NCBI GenBank assembly: GCA_963737065.1
Contig: CAVTRC010000001.1
Coordinates: 288,001 to 352,000 of the forward strand
Reading direction: 5' to 3'
DNA from: Candidatus Eremiobacteria bacterium
GTDB taxonomy: Bacteria > Vulcanimicrobiota > Vulcanimicrobiia > Vulcanimicrobiales > Vulcanimicrobiaceae
DNA: 64,000 nt
Under the pieces are notes generated by a model. It did not search any database. It saw only the letters and a list, made by a program, of their open reading frames with translations, and was not told the origin of the DNA. Made by a program: the position numbers and the translations under genes. The first letter of the stretch is position 1, and every line of letters starts with the position of its first letter. This document shows, piece after piece, positions 9,589 through 19,286 of the stretch.

Positions 9589-10443
9589 TTGGCACAGATT
9601 CGAACGGTCGGCGTTTGCGGCGCCGGCCTCATGGGCAACGGCATCGCGCAGACGTGCGCTGCGGCCGGTTTCAATGTCGTACTCATGGAGGTCGCCGACG
9701 AACCGCTTAAGCGTGGTATCGCGACGATTACGAAATCGCTCGACAAATTCGTGGAGAAAGGGAAGCTGAGCGCGGCCGACCGCGATGCGACGATCGGGCG
9801 AATCAAGGGGACAACGAGCACCGGCGACCTCAAAGATTGCGATCTCGTGATCGAGGCGATCGTGGAAAACGTCGACGTAAAGACCGCGTTGTTCCAACAG
9901 CTCGACGAATTGCTCGCGCCGCACGGTATCATCTGCACCAATACGTCGAGTCTGTGCGTGATCGAACTCGCCGCAAAGACGCGCCGGCCGAACCGCGTCG
10001 CGGGACTACATTTCTTCAACCCGGTTCCCATCATGAAACTCGTTGAAGTCGTAAAGACGATCGCGACGACGCAAGATGTGATTGACGATCTCTTTGCATT
10101 TGCCAGGGCGCTCGGCAAAGAACCGATTCTCGCCCAAGATACGCCGGGCTTTGTGGTCAACCGGCTGCTGATCCCGTATCTGCTCTACGCAATTCGGTGT
10201 CTCGAAGCGGGGCTCGCGACGAAAGAAGACATCGACAAGGGCATGAAGCTCGGCTGCGGCTATCCGATGGGACCGTTGGAACTGCTCGATTTCGTCGGGT
10301 TGGATACGACGTATTACATCGCGGAGATCATGTTCGACGAGTTCAAGGATCCGATTATGGCGGCGCCACCGCTGCTCAAGCGCATGGTGCTTGCCGGACG
10401 TTACGGCCGCAAGAGCGGCAAGGGCTTCTACGACTATGCCTGA
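9589..10443 (+). CDS. hbd: 3-hydroxybutyryl-CoA dehydrogenase
   Basis: GAGLMGNGIA, EAIVEN, TNTSS, GLHFFNPVP, GFVVNR, YPMGP, GRKSGKGFY. Confidence 0.95.
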   Translation: MAQIRTVGVCGAGLMGNGIAQTCAAAGFNVVLMEVADEPLKRGIATITKSLDKFVEKGKLSAADRDATIGRIKGTTSTGDLKDCDLVIEAIVENVDVKTALFQQLDELLAPHGIICTNTSSLCVIELAAKTRRPNRVAGLHFFNPVPIMKLVEVVKTIATTQDVIDDLFAFARALGKEPILAQDTPGFVVNRLLIPYLLYAIRCLEAGLATKEDIDKGMKLGCGYPMGPLELLDFVGLDTTYYIAEIMFDEFKDPIMAAPPLLKRMVLAGRYGRKSGKGFYDYA

Positions 10444-11224
10444 ATCGGAAAATATACTCGTCGAGCGCGACGGCGCGGTCGCTGTAATCACACTGAACCG
10501 TCCCAGCGTGCTCAACGCGCTCAACGCCGCGCTGCTGGACGAAGTTTCCACCGCACTCCACGAACTCGAACGCGATGATGCAACTCGCGCGGTTGTCATT
10601 ACGGGCGCGGGCGATAGAGCGTTCGCTGCGGGTGCAGATATCGCCGAATTGAACGCGCTGAAGAATGCGATCGACGGTGCGGACAAAGCGCGCACGGGAC
10701 AGTTGCTGACGCTGCAGATCGAACGCATGAACACACCGGTGATCGTGGCGGTCAACGGATTCGCGCTCGGAGGCGGATGTGAACTCGCGATGGCAGGCGA
10801 CATTCGCATTGCGAGTGAGAAGGCGAAATTCGGCCAGCCGGAAGTCAACCTCGGACTCATTCCCGGTTACGGCGGCTCGCAGCGCACGACGCGTTTGGTC
10901 GGAAAAGGCATGGCGATGTTTCTCTGTCTCAGCGGAGAGATCATCGACGCGCAAACAGCGCTGCGCATCGGACTGGTCGATCGCGTCGTTCCGCATGACG
11001 AACTGATGCCGGCATCAAAGCGACTTGCGAGCACGATCGCGGAGAAAGCACCGCTTGCAATAGCGGCGTGCAAACACGCGATCAACGCCGGCGCGCATCT
11101 TTCGATGGAAGACGCACTGGAGTTCGAGGCGCTCGCGTTCGGCACGTTAGTCGCCACGAACGATTTCCGTGAAGGGACCGGCGCGTTTCTCGAAAAGCGA
11201 AAACCGGCCTGGACGGCTAGCTGA
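10436..11224 (+). CDS. Enoyl-CoA hydratase/crotonase
   Basis: LNRP..LNAL, AFAAGADI, ALGGGCELA, GQPEVNLG.IPG.GG. Confidence 0.95.
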   Translation: MPESENILVERDGAVAVITLNRPSVLNALNAALLDEVSTALHELERDDATRAVVITGAGDRAFAAGADIAELNALKNAIDGADKARTGQLLTLQIERMNTPVIVAVNGFALGGGCELAMAGDIRIASEKAKFGQPEVNLGLIPGYGGSQRTTRLVGKGMAMFLCLSGEIIDAQTALRIGLVDRVVPHDELMPASKRLASTIAEKAPLAIAACKHAINAGAHLSMEDALEFEALAFGTLVATNDFREGTGAFLEKRKPAWTAS

Positions 11225-11229
11225 GAACA

Positions 11230-11491
11230 GCGTCCGCCTGCGCCGCGCCATCTTCTTCCTGGTGATGGGGAGCAAGCGCTGGAATTCTATCGCTCGTCCC
11301 TCGGCGGCGCGGTGACCAGCGCGCGTTATAAGGATGCATCACCCGAAATGACGCCAGACGCCTCGTACGATGACAAGGTCATGTACGGAACGCTTCAATC
11401 GCCGTACGGCAAGGTCAGTGCGATGGACGCGCCTCCGGAGCGTGCCGGTCGAAGCTGCGGACTAGCAGCCGTCACGTCGACGTTTACGTGA
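11230..11491 (+). pseudogene. Truncated PhnB/VOC (glyoxalase-like) remnant
   Basis: One frame reads PGDGEQALEFYRSSLGG...DKVMYGTL...SAMD; no in-frame start and C-terminal half missing. Confidence 0.65.
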
Positions 11492-11506
11492 GCGTCTACC
11501 TGATAC

Positions 11507-12469
11507 ATGGGCACATTGCGCACCGTCGTTGCCTGGCTCGGTGCATCGACCTTGGGGTTAGTTAGCGGACTTCCTCATGTGACGTTGGCCGATGACGCCG
11601 GGCCGGGCAAGGAGGTGCGCGCGATTCGCCATGACTTGCCGCTCATTTTGAAGGGCCAATTACAGCAGCCGTATAGCACGGACGCAAACGTTCAGATCGA
11701 GGACGTCGTGGTGAGCGGCTCCAGTGCGCTCGTTCAATGGCGATCGGCGTCCGCTGAGCGAGTCGGTTATCTCACCCGCCGCTATAAAACATGGTGGCTC
11801 AGCAATGAACTCTATATCGGCGACGCCGGCGCGTTCACGCTGAACGAACATTCGTCGTACGGGCCGACGAATTGGTTTCTTGCTCGTGCTTTTGGCGCGC
11901 CCGTCCCGCTCATTGATCTTGCCGCTGAATCCCTTGCCGCGGTGAAGACGGCAAACGCGCGTCCGACGAAATGCGGAGCGCGGAATGCACAACTCGTCGA
12001 GCCGTGTTCCATCGGTGAAGGGATCTTTCCACTTCTTTCCACGACGCTCTACCCGGGGCGTCGTGCGCAACCGCTAATCGTGGGCGACGGATATCAGATG
12101 CGGTTAGTTTTCGCGTCGAACGACGCGCACCCGGATGCGACGCTCGTAAACGCCGCCAGCCGTGCACCGACCGAAGCGGAGAGTTGGATGACGCCCGGCG
12201 GAAATAGCTATTTTTTCTTCAGCGGCACGGTGGAATCGGATGCGCCAATTCACGTCAGTGCCGGCACGGCGATCGATGTGTGGTTTCCCTTTTTGCTCGC
12301 TCCGTCGCTGTACTACGGCTTGACGATTGCGCATGCGGATAAGCCGGTCGGACCGATCGATGGGACGTTGAGCGACAATGTCGTGCACTTCGTGCTGCCG
12401 GCGTTGACGTTGCTCCCCGGCGCGACGCTGATGGGAGAAATCGAGGGCGATTCGTTCCGGCACGAGTAG
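11507..12469 (+). CDS. Secreted hypothetical protein
   Basis: Signal-like N-terminus, 320-aa ORF. Confidence 0.75.
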   Translation: MGTLRTVVAWLGASTLGLVSGLPHVTLADDAGPGKEVRAIRHDLPLILKGQLQQPYSTDANVQIEDVVVSGSSALVQWRSASAERVGYLTRRYKTWWLSNELYIGDAGAFTLNEHSSYGPTNWFLARAFGAPVPLIDLAAESLAAVKTANARPTKCGARNAQLVEPCSIGEGIFPLLSTTLYPGRRAQPLIVGDGYQMRLVFASNDAHPDATLVNAASRAPTEAESWMTPGGNSYFFFSGTVESDAPIHVSAGTAIDVWFPFLLAPSLYYGLTIAHADKPVGPIDGTLSDNVVHFVLPALTLLPGATLMGEIEGDSFRHE

Positions 12470-12520
12470 TGCGCGCAGGGGCTGTTTGCTTTACCGCATT
12501 GCGCGGTATCACATCAAGGC

Positions 12521-13822
12521 ATGGCATCGGTTGAGGCTGCAGGGAGCAAGGAACAAACCGGACTGACGGGATGGCGCCGGTGGTTCGACGTCCTCGGCCC
12601 CGGATTGATTACCGGTGCGTCCGATGATGATCCCTCAGGCATCTCAACCTATTCCGTAGCCGGCGCAACTGCCGGCTTTTCGATGCTTTGGCTGATCCTG
12701 ATCACGACGCCGATGATGTCGGTGATTCAAGGAATGTGCGCGCGCATCGGCATGGTTACCGGCGTCGGCTTTGCAACGAACATGCGCAAACGGTTGCCCG
12801 CGTGGATGCTATATCCGCTCGGTGTCGCCGTGATCGGCGCAAACATTCTCAACGCCGGCGCAGACTTGGAAGGGATGGCAGCCTCCGCGCAAATGGTCGC
12901 CGGTTTGCCGCACTGGATCTGGATTCTGCTTTTCGGCGGAATGTTGCTCGTCTTTCAGGTATTTTTCTCGTATCGCAGCATCTCGGCGGTCGTCAAGTGG
13001 CTTACGCTCACGCTCTTTGCGTACATCATCACGGCGTTCATCGTGCACGCTCATTGGGGAGACGTCCTTCGCCATCTCGTCGTGCCGCAAGTCTCGTTCA
13101 ACTCCACGTGGATGACCACCGCCATGGCGGTGCTCGGCACAACAATCACCCCGTATCTCTTCTTTTGGCAGGCGTGTTTGATGGTCGAGGAAGAGAAGGC
13201 GATGGGCCGTGAGACGGTGCGCCAACGACGCGGCGCGACGCAACAAGAGATTACCGACGCGCATCTCGATATCAACAGCGGCATGATCTTTTCTAATCTC
13301 GTCGCGTTTTTCATTATCGTGACGGCCGCCGTGACGCTCAACGCGCACGGGCTGACGCACATTGCGTCCGCACAAGATGCCGCAAAAGCGTTGGAACCAC
13401 TCGCCGGCAAATTCGCATTCCTGTTGTTCACGCTCGGCATGGTTGGTACGGGATTACTCGCGATCCCGGCACTCGTGGGCTCCTCGGCATACGTCGCCGC
13501 GGAATCGTTTCAGTGGAAACACGGCCTCGACTTGCCGATGCGCCGCGCGCCGGGATTTTACAGCGCGCTCATCGCCGGCATGCTTATCGCCATGTTGATC
13601 GGATTCGCGCACGTCAATCCCATCGCGGCGCTTTTTTGGTCGGCAGTGCTCAACGGCATGGTCGCCGTGCCGTTACTTGCGGTGCTCGTTCATTTCGCAA
13701 GCGATCAACGCGTTATGGGAAGATGGCGCAGTTCGCTTGCCGCGCGCATGTGGGGGTGGGCGACGGTAGCCGTCATGGGCGTGGCCGCGATCAGCATCTT
13801 CGTATTCTGGGGTAAGAGTTAG
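12521..13822 (+). CDS. NRAMP-family divalent metal cation transporter
   Basis: GPGLITGASDDDPSGI, GTTITPYLFFWQ, ~11 TM helices. Confidence 0.93.
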   Translation: MASVEAAGSKEQTGLTGWRRWFDVLGPGLITGASDDDPSGISTYSVAGATAGFSMLWLILITTPMMSVIQGMCARIGMVTGVGFATNMRKRLPAWMLYPLGVAVIGANILNAGADLEGMAASAQMVAGLPHWIWILLFGGMLLVFQVFFSYRSISAVVKWLTLTLFAYIITAFIVHAHWGDVLRHLVVPQVSFNSTWMTTAMAVLGTTITPYLFFWQACLMVEEEKAMGRETVRQRRGATQQEITDAHLDINSGMIFSNLVAFFIIVTAAVTLNAHGLTHIASAQDAAKALEPLAGKFAFLLFTLGMVGTGLLAIPALVGSSAYVAAESFQWKHGLDLPMRRAPGFYSALIAGMLIAMLIGFAHVNPIAALFWSAVLNGMVAVPLLAVLVHFASDQRVMGRWRSSLAARMWGWATVAVMGVAAISIFVFWGKS

Positions 13823-13826
13823 CCCG

Positions 13827-14357
13827 CTATCGCAATTCCTTTTGTGCGTTCGACATCGCGAGAGCAATGGCGGGGTTGAACCCCGTCCACGTCGCGCGAA
13901 TCAGGCCCTTCGGATCGATGACTACGATCGTCGGGAAGCCTTGAACGTGGAACAAACCTTGCGCGCTGCTCGTCGGGTCGAGGGCAACGTCGAGCAGCTT
14001 GTATGACTTTGCAAAGCGCGCGGCGACGATGGGCGGTTCGCCGACGTCGACCGGCACGACGATCACCTGTGGATGTGAGCGCGCGTAGTGCTCGACCATC
14101 GGCATCTCGAGTTTGCACGGCTCGCACCACGAAGCAAAGAAGTCGAGAAACAGCACGTGTCCGCGCGCGTCGCTGACGTGAAACGTACCGCCGGCGAGCG
14201 TGTGATATGCAATTCGCGGCGCCGGATAGGCGTCGGCGCCTTTGAACGCGCGCGGCGCGATAAAGATTTTCCAGACGACGAAGGCGACGGCGGCGACCGC
14301 AATGACGTCGAGGAAGCGGCCCGGCGTGAGCCACCGTTGCCGCCTCACGCCGGTCAT
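13827..14357 (-). CDS. TlpA-family thiol-disulfide oxidoreductase
   Basis: N-terminal TM anchor, FASWCEPC, GFPT. Confidence 0.92.
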   Translation of the reverse strand: MTGVRRQRWLTPGRFLDVIAVAAVAFVVWKIFIAPRAFKGADAYPAPRIAYHTLAGGTFHVSDARGHVLFLDFFASWCEPCKLEMPMVEHYARSHPQVIVVPVDVGEPPIVAARFAKSYKLLDVALDPTSSAQGLFHVQGFPTIVVIDPKGLIRATWTGFNPAIALAMSNAQKELR

Positions 14358-14361
14358 CGTG

Positions 14362-15588
14362 TCATTCGGCTGCAAGCACGGCGGCGATGCCTTGTCCGCC
14401 GCCGATGCACGCGGAAGCAACGCCGTACCCGCCGCCGCGATGGCGCAGGTCGTTGAGCACGGTGACCGCGAGACGCGCGCCCGATGCGCCGAGCGGATGC
14501 CCAAGCGAAATCGCACCGCCGTGCGGATTCAACCTTATACGAGCCTGCCCTGAGCTTGTCGAAGGGTTCGTGCCCATGTCTTTCAGACACGCGAGCACTT
14601 GGGGCGCGAATGCTTCATTGATCTCCATGACTTGAAGATCTTTCTCCGTGAGGCCGGCGCGCTGCATGGCTTTTGGTATCGCAACCGCGGGACCGATACC
14701 CATGATGTCGGGGTCGACGCCGACGACACTGCCCGAGATGAGGCGACCGATCCACGTGCGTCCGTCTTTGCGCGCTTGTTTCACCGTGGTCAACACAACC
14801 GCAGCGGCGCCGTCCGTAATACCGCTTGCATTCCCCGGCGTGACGACGCCGTCTTTGACGAAGCGCGCCGGGAGCTTTGCCAACTTTTCCATCGTCAGTC
14901 CCGGGCGCGGGCCTTCATCCTTATCGACAACGGTCTCCGCGCCTTTCGAACCCGGCACGGTGACCGGTGCAATTTCATCCGCGAAGTAGCCGTTGTTCTG
15001 CGACTCAACCGCGTTCGTTTGACTCATCAGCGCAAGCTCGTCGCACGCCTCCCGCTCGATGCCGTACTTCTTCGCAAGATTTTCGGCCGTTACAGCCATT
15101 GCCGTATCGCTGTATGAATCGGTGAGCGCGCTCCACAGTGAATCTTCGAATTGCGCGTTCGCGCCGAGATGAAACCCTTTGCGCGCGCCGCGAACGACGT
15201 GCGGCGCCTGGCTCATATTTTCGGCGCCGCCGGCGAGCGCGTACGTCGACTCACCAAGCCGCAGCGATTGCGCTGCACTGAGAATCGCTTGCAAACCTGA
15301 TCCGCATAGACGATTGAGCGTGAGCGCCGGGACGCCGATCGGGAGACCGGCGCGCAGCCCGATGTGACGCGCAAGATAGATCGCGTCGGCGCTGCTCTGT
15401 ATCACGTTGCCGAAGACAACGTCGTCGATCTGCTCGGTCGGCACTCCGCTGCGTTCGATTGCGGCTTTGGCGGCCGCCACGCCGAGATCCGTTGCAGTTA
15501 GCTCGGCGAGGACGCCGCCGAAATTGCCGAACGGCGTGCGGGCGCCCGCGAGAATGACGACGTCATTGTCGTTGGGTGTACTAGTCAT
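14362..15588 (-). CDS. Acetyl-CoA C-acyltransferase (thiolase)
   Basis: NRLCGSG, EINEAFA, GHPLGASG, CIGGGQG. Confidence 0.96.
   Translation of the reverse strand: MTSTPNDNDVVILAGARTPFGNFGGVLAELTATDLGVAAAKAAIERSGVPTEQIDDVVFGNVIQSSADAIYLARHIGLRAGLPIGVPALTLNRLCGSGLQAILSAAQSLRLGESTYALAGGAENMSQAPHVVRGARKGFHLGANAQFEDSLWSALTDSYSDTAMAVTAENLAKKYGIEREACDELALMSQTNAVESQNNGYFADEIAPVTVPGSKGAETVVDKDEGPRPGLTMEKLAKLPARFVKDGVVTPGNASGITDGAAAVVLTTVKQARKDGRTWIGRLISGSVVGVDPDIMGIGPAVAIPKAMQRAGLTEKDLQVMEINEAFAPQVLACLKDMGTNPSTSSGQARIRLNPHGGAISLGHPLGASGARLAVTVLNDLRHRGGGYGVASACIGGGQGIAAVLAAE
14543..14566. repeat. Short REP-like element GCCTGCCCTGAGCTTGTCGAAGGG inside the thiolase gene
   Basis: Shares core CCCTGAGCnnnTCGAAGGG with 42929-42947; encodes extra residues PSTSSGQA. 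Confidence 0.7.
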
Positions 15589-15654
15589 GGCGCGGCACTA
15601 TTCCGCACCGGCGAACGAGGAACCCCTAGCGAGCCCAGATAATGAACGCGGGTC

Positions 15655-16602
15655 ATGCCAATAAATCGACCCGCCGCCATGACGCTCGATGCCCGGTCGT
15701 TACCCGCTGCCAGCAAGACGGAACAGATCCTCGAGAACTTCGACAAACTCCAACTCGGAGGAGCGCTGGAAATCAACGAGGAGAGCGACCCGCGCGCGCT
15801 GCGCAATGAGATGACGCAACTGCGTCCCGGACGGTTCTCGTGGGACGCGCGCAATCTGGGCGGCAGCCGCTGGACCATTCGTCTCGAGCGAATCGACGAA
15901 AACGCGGACGGCGAAACGTTCCTGCAACACGTTCCGCAGTTCACGCAAGCGAAGGCGACGACGATCAAAGAGCTCGCCGGGCAGATGAGCGAGCGCAGTT
16001 ACAAGTCGGGCGACACGATTTTCGACGAAGGCGAAATGTGGCCGTACCTCGGCATCGTGAAGAGCGGCAAAGTCATCTATACGCTGCTTTCGCCGGACGG
16101 CAAGACGCATACAATCGGCGAGCGTCTGACGCACGACACCCTCAATGAAAGCGGCACCTTCGACAGCGGCGGGGCAACGACGCGCGCCGAAGCGCTGACC
16201 GACGCAACCGTCGTGACACTCCCCAGCGAAGCGGTGATGCATGCGATTCGTAACGATGCCGAACTTGCGCTTGGATTTCTGATCGCGAGTTCGCAAGCAC
16301 GGCGCCGTTCGATCGACACGATTGCCGATCTCGCGTTCGCGCACGTGCTGCAGCGCGTCGCGAAGTTTTTGCTCGGCTATGCTCGTACGTCCGTCGGCAT
16401 GACGCGCGGACTTCCCGGCGTCGAGAATCTTTCACAAGCGCAGATCGCCGCAGCGGCGGGAACGGTTCGTGATATGGCCGCTCGCGCGTTGCTTCGTTTG
16501 AAGAACGCAAATGCGGTGGAGCTCGATCGCGGACGCGTCAAGGCGATCGATCGCGCGCGTCTCGAAGCGTTCGCGCACAACGTTCAAGCACCGCCGGTCT
16601 AA
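15655..16602 (+). CDS. Crp/Fnr-family regulator with N-terminal DUF2249-like domain
   Basis: N-term LDARSLP..K...I...FDKL.LG..LEI..ESDP..L; cNMP-binding domain; HTH LSQAQIAAAAGTVRDMAARAL. Confidence 0.85.
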   Translation: MPINRPAAMTLDARSLPAASKTEQILENFDKLQLGGALEINEESDPRALRNEMTQLRPGRFSWDARNLGGSRWTIRLERIDENADGETFLQHVPQFTQAKATTIKELAGQMSERSYKSGDTIFDEGEMWPYLGIVKSGKVIYTLLSPDGKTHTIGERLTHDTLNESGTFDSGGATTRAEALTDATVVTLPSEAVMHAIRNDAELALGFLIASSQARRRSIDTIADLAFAHVLQRVAKFLLGYARTSVGMTRGLPGVENLSQAQIAAAAGTVRDMAARALLRLKNANAVELDRGRVKAIDRARLEAFAHNVQAPPV

Positions 16603-16603
16603 A

Positions 16604-17146
16604 ATGGTCGAGCTGCTTCGTCCGAGCAACTATCGGCGGCAGCGTTGGAAAAACAATGGCGGCGTGACGGACGAAATTGCCGCCGATGCGGCGAGTCCGC
16701 CGGCATGGCGCGTGTCGATTGCGACGATCGAACACGATGGCCCGTTCTCGGATTTCCGCGGCTACGATCGCACGATCGTCGCGCTCGATGGCGGCGTAAC
16801 GCTCACGGTCGACGGCAGCGAGCTTACGCTACGGCAACACGAACCGTTCGATTTCCGCGGCGAATCGACGGTTGAAGCGCGCATCACGACCGGCACCGCG
16901 CGCGATCTCAACGTCATGACGCTGCGTACCGAGTTCGCGCACGACGTCGAAGTTCTTCGAACGCCGCGGCGTTATCTCGTCGATGAGGACGAGCTGGTCT
17001 TCGCATACATGCTGTGCGGCGAAGCGACGGTTCACGACGTGCATTGCGCCGCCGGTGAAACGGCATACCTCGATGAGGTGGAGCGCTTCGATATCGTGCC
17101 GGCTGCCGAGTCGGCCGTCTGCGTGATTCACATCACCCCACGCTAA
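16604..17146 (+). CDS. HutD/Ves family protein
   Basis: WKNNGGVTDEIA, WRVSIATI..DGPFS.F.GYDR, DLNVM. Confidence 0.9.
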   Translation: MVELLRPSNYRRQRWKNNGGVTDEIAADAASPPAWRVSIATIEHDGPFSDFRGYDRTIVALDGGVTLTVDGSELTLRQHEPFDFRGESTVEARITTGTARDLNVMTLRTEFAHDVEVLRTPRRYLVDEDELVFAYMLCGEATVHDVHCAAGETAYLDEVERFDIVPAAESAVCVIHITPR

Positions 17147-17147
17147 G

Positions 17148-17344
17148 TGATTACGGTCAGCGTCGTTACCGCCGATGATTGGCATACATGGCGAGCGATG
17201 CGCATCGAGGCGCTACGCGAAGCACCGTACGCGTACAGCTTAACGCTCGCGAGCCCCATTGCGCTTTTCGCATTGCCCGATGTTACCGTCGCCGCTAGTG
17301 CCGTGTCCGTTTCGCGCAATCGCAAAGTGCCTGACCACGATTAG
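17148..17344 (+). pseudogene. Truncated GNAT acetyltransferase N-terminus
   Basis: VT.DDW..WRAMRIEALREAPYAY is a typical GNAT start; acetyl-CoA motif is absent. Confidence 0.55.
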
Positions 17345-17441
17345 ATGAAGAAAATCGAGGAGAACTGCGCGCGCCGAACTTGGCCCACGACACGGTGCGG
17401 GCGCGTTCAAGATCGTGAGTCAAACATGGGACGGCTACGGT

Positions 17442-17861
17442 TTAGTGAACGATGTAGACGTCTGATGTTTGGCCGGGGACTACGAGTGCGCTGGTAACGC
17501 CTTTGCCGATGCAGTACGCGCGGTCTTTTGCGATTTCGATACGAACGCGTGCAATCGCGCCGCGATAGATATCGGACGTCTCACATCCGGTTCGAAGGCC
17601 ATCGGCCGTCGCCGTTACGACGTAACGGCCCGGTTCAAGTAACAGGTTCCCGAAGAAACCGTGTTTGTTCGTGTGCAACGTCGAGATAGCGGTAGCTGCA
17701 TCGCCGATCGGCATGCGGTAGATCGCGACTTGAGCGTCGCGGAGCGGTTTATGCGTATCGGCGTTCATGACAAAGCCGTCGATCCCCGTGGGTTGGTTCT
17801 GCGCCAACGCAGGGAGAGATGCCAGCGCCAAAGCCCCAACAATAAGGGCGAGTGCTCTCAT
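17442..17861 (-). CDS. Secreted carboxypeptidase-regulatory-like (transthyretin-like beta) domain protein
   Basis: Signal peptide; GIDGFV...PL..AQV...TNKHGFF..L.PGRY. Confidence 0.8.
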   Translation of the reverse strand: MRALALIVGALALASLPALAQNQPTGIDGFVMNADTHKPLRDAQVAIYRMPIGDAATAISTLHTNKHGFFGNLLLEPGRYVVTATADGLRTGCETSDIYRGAIARVRIEIAKDRAYCIGKGVTSALVVPGQTSDVYIVH

Positions 17862-17906
17862 GCTTGCGAGCATTATACTCGCAACTCGCCCTTTTGAAAC
17901 GCGTTG

Positions 17907-18185
17907 TTACGGATTAGGCGGCCGTGATGGAAGAAGTCCCGTAAATCCGTCGCGCAGGTAAGCCGCATTGCAAGGAACCTGCTGCGCAATCGGGATAGCG
18001 CTTATGTAGAGATAACGGATAAACGTGCATCGCGGCTTTTCGTTCTCAAGGAGCGGCGTTTCCGGCACGCGCTTCACGCGACGCTCGACATCGACGACCG
18101 GCGTGCGAGCCGCGACCGTGTGAACCGGTGCGGAAATCGGGGCCGAATGGACTGCGGCCGCGGCAGTTATCGCGAGCAGAAGCAT
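17907..18185 (-). CDS. Small secreted hypothetical protein
   Basis: GAGGAGG SD, signal peptide, two Cys. Confidence 0.6.
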   Translation of the reverse strand: MLLLAITAAAAVHSAPISAPVHTVAARTPVVDVERRVKRVPETPLLENEKPRCTFIRYLYISAIPIAQQVPCNAAYLRDGFTGLLPSRPPNP

Positions 18186-18205
18186 GTCATGATCCTCCTC
18201 TCCAA

Positions 18206-18757
18206 TTATACCGATTCCAGTTCCGCCGTTTCCTGAGAGGCCAGGTCGAACGCAGCTCGCTTACTCTTCGCCGCCGCGTCGGCAAGCGGCGCAGACGCCG
18301 GCGTTGCTGCGGGACGCGGAGCGTTCGCTAGCGCTGCGCGACCCTTTTGCACCGAACCCAGCGCCGCCGACAAGCGTCCTTCCATCTCCGCAAGGATCTG
18401 TGCCGCGTATTGATCCGCGCCTTCCTTAATCTTGCGCGCGCGCTCTTCGGCTTCGCGCAGCACGATCTCCGCCGTCGTACGCGCACGATGGACGATCTCG
18501 TTCTGATCGACCAGTTCTTCATGCACCGTCGATGCTTCATCGACAATCGCTTGCGCCTTCTCTTGCGCCGCGCGAATAACGCGCTCTTGATCCTTCGCGA
18601 TGATCTTCGCGCGGCCGACTTCTTCGGGCAGCGTCGCGCGGACTTTTTCGATATATTCGATTAGCCGCTCTTCGGAAAGAACACGATATCCGGCCGGAAG
18701 CCACGTTCCTTCGTGAACGTACGCTTCCAATTTGTCCAGCACGCGATAAACCGACAT
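18206..18757 (-). CDS. Coiled-coil protein (DivIVA/ATP-synthase-b-like, usually downstream of coaD)
   Basis: RATLPEEV..AK.I...ERVI..A..KA..IV..A; conserved synteny with coaD. Confidence 0.8.
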   Translation of the reverse strand: MSVYRVLDKLEAYVHEGTWLPAGYRVLSEERLIEYIEKVRATLPEEVGRAKIIAKDQERVIRAAQEKAQAIVDEASTVHEELVDQNEIVHRARTTAEIVLREAEERARKIKEGADQYAAQILAEMEGRLSAALGSVQKGRAALANAPRPAATPASAPLADAAAKSKRAAFDLASQETAELESV

Positions 18758-18770
18758 CAGGATACCTCCG

Positions 18771-19286
18771 TTACGAACGTTTGAGCGCGGCTCGTTTGCT
18801 CGACATCACGTCGAGTACGACGTGCGGCACGAACTGCGACACGTCACCGCCCAAGAAAAAGACTTCCTTCACTAAGCTCGAGCTGACGAACGAATATTTT
18901 GCATCCGACATCAGAAAGAGCGTATCGACGTTCGAGAGCGACCGGTTCATCAACGCGGTCGACATCTCGTTTTCGAAGTCTGAGACGACGCGAAGCCCCT
19001 TGACGATCACGTCGGCATCGTTTGCGCGAACGTAATCCGCGAGCAAGCCGCGGAAATGTTCGACGTGCACATTCTCTATGTGCGCCACGCATTCTTTGAG
19101 CATTTGTTCGCGCTCTTCGAGCGTGAACATCGGGTTGCGCTTCTGCGGGTTGACGACAATCGCGACGGCGAGCTCGCTGAATGCGACTGCGGCGCGTTCG
19201 ATGACATCGAGGTGACCGTTCGTCAAGGGATCGAACGATCCGGGGTAGACTGCCCGCGTCGGGCGTACGGGGCGACCGTTGTTCAA
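18771..19286 (-). CDS. coaD: Pantetheine-phosphate adenylyltransferase
   Basis: YPGSFDPLTNGH, KGLR..SDFE.E, VSSS.VKE. Confidence 0.97.
   Translation of the reverse strand: MNNGRPVRPTRAVYPGSFDPLTNGHLDVIERAAVAFSELAVAIVVNPQKRNPMFTLEEREQMLKECVAHIENVHVEHFRGLLADYVRANDADVIVKGLRVVSDFENEMSTALMNRSLSNVDTLFLMSDAKYSFVSSSLVKEVFFLGGDVSQFVPHVVLDVMSSKRAALKRS

Noticed and set aside
9522..10996. Long antisense ORFs opposite hbd and crotonase (similar shadows occur throughout the window)
   Set aside because: Typical high-GC shadow frames with no motifs or RBS.
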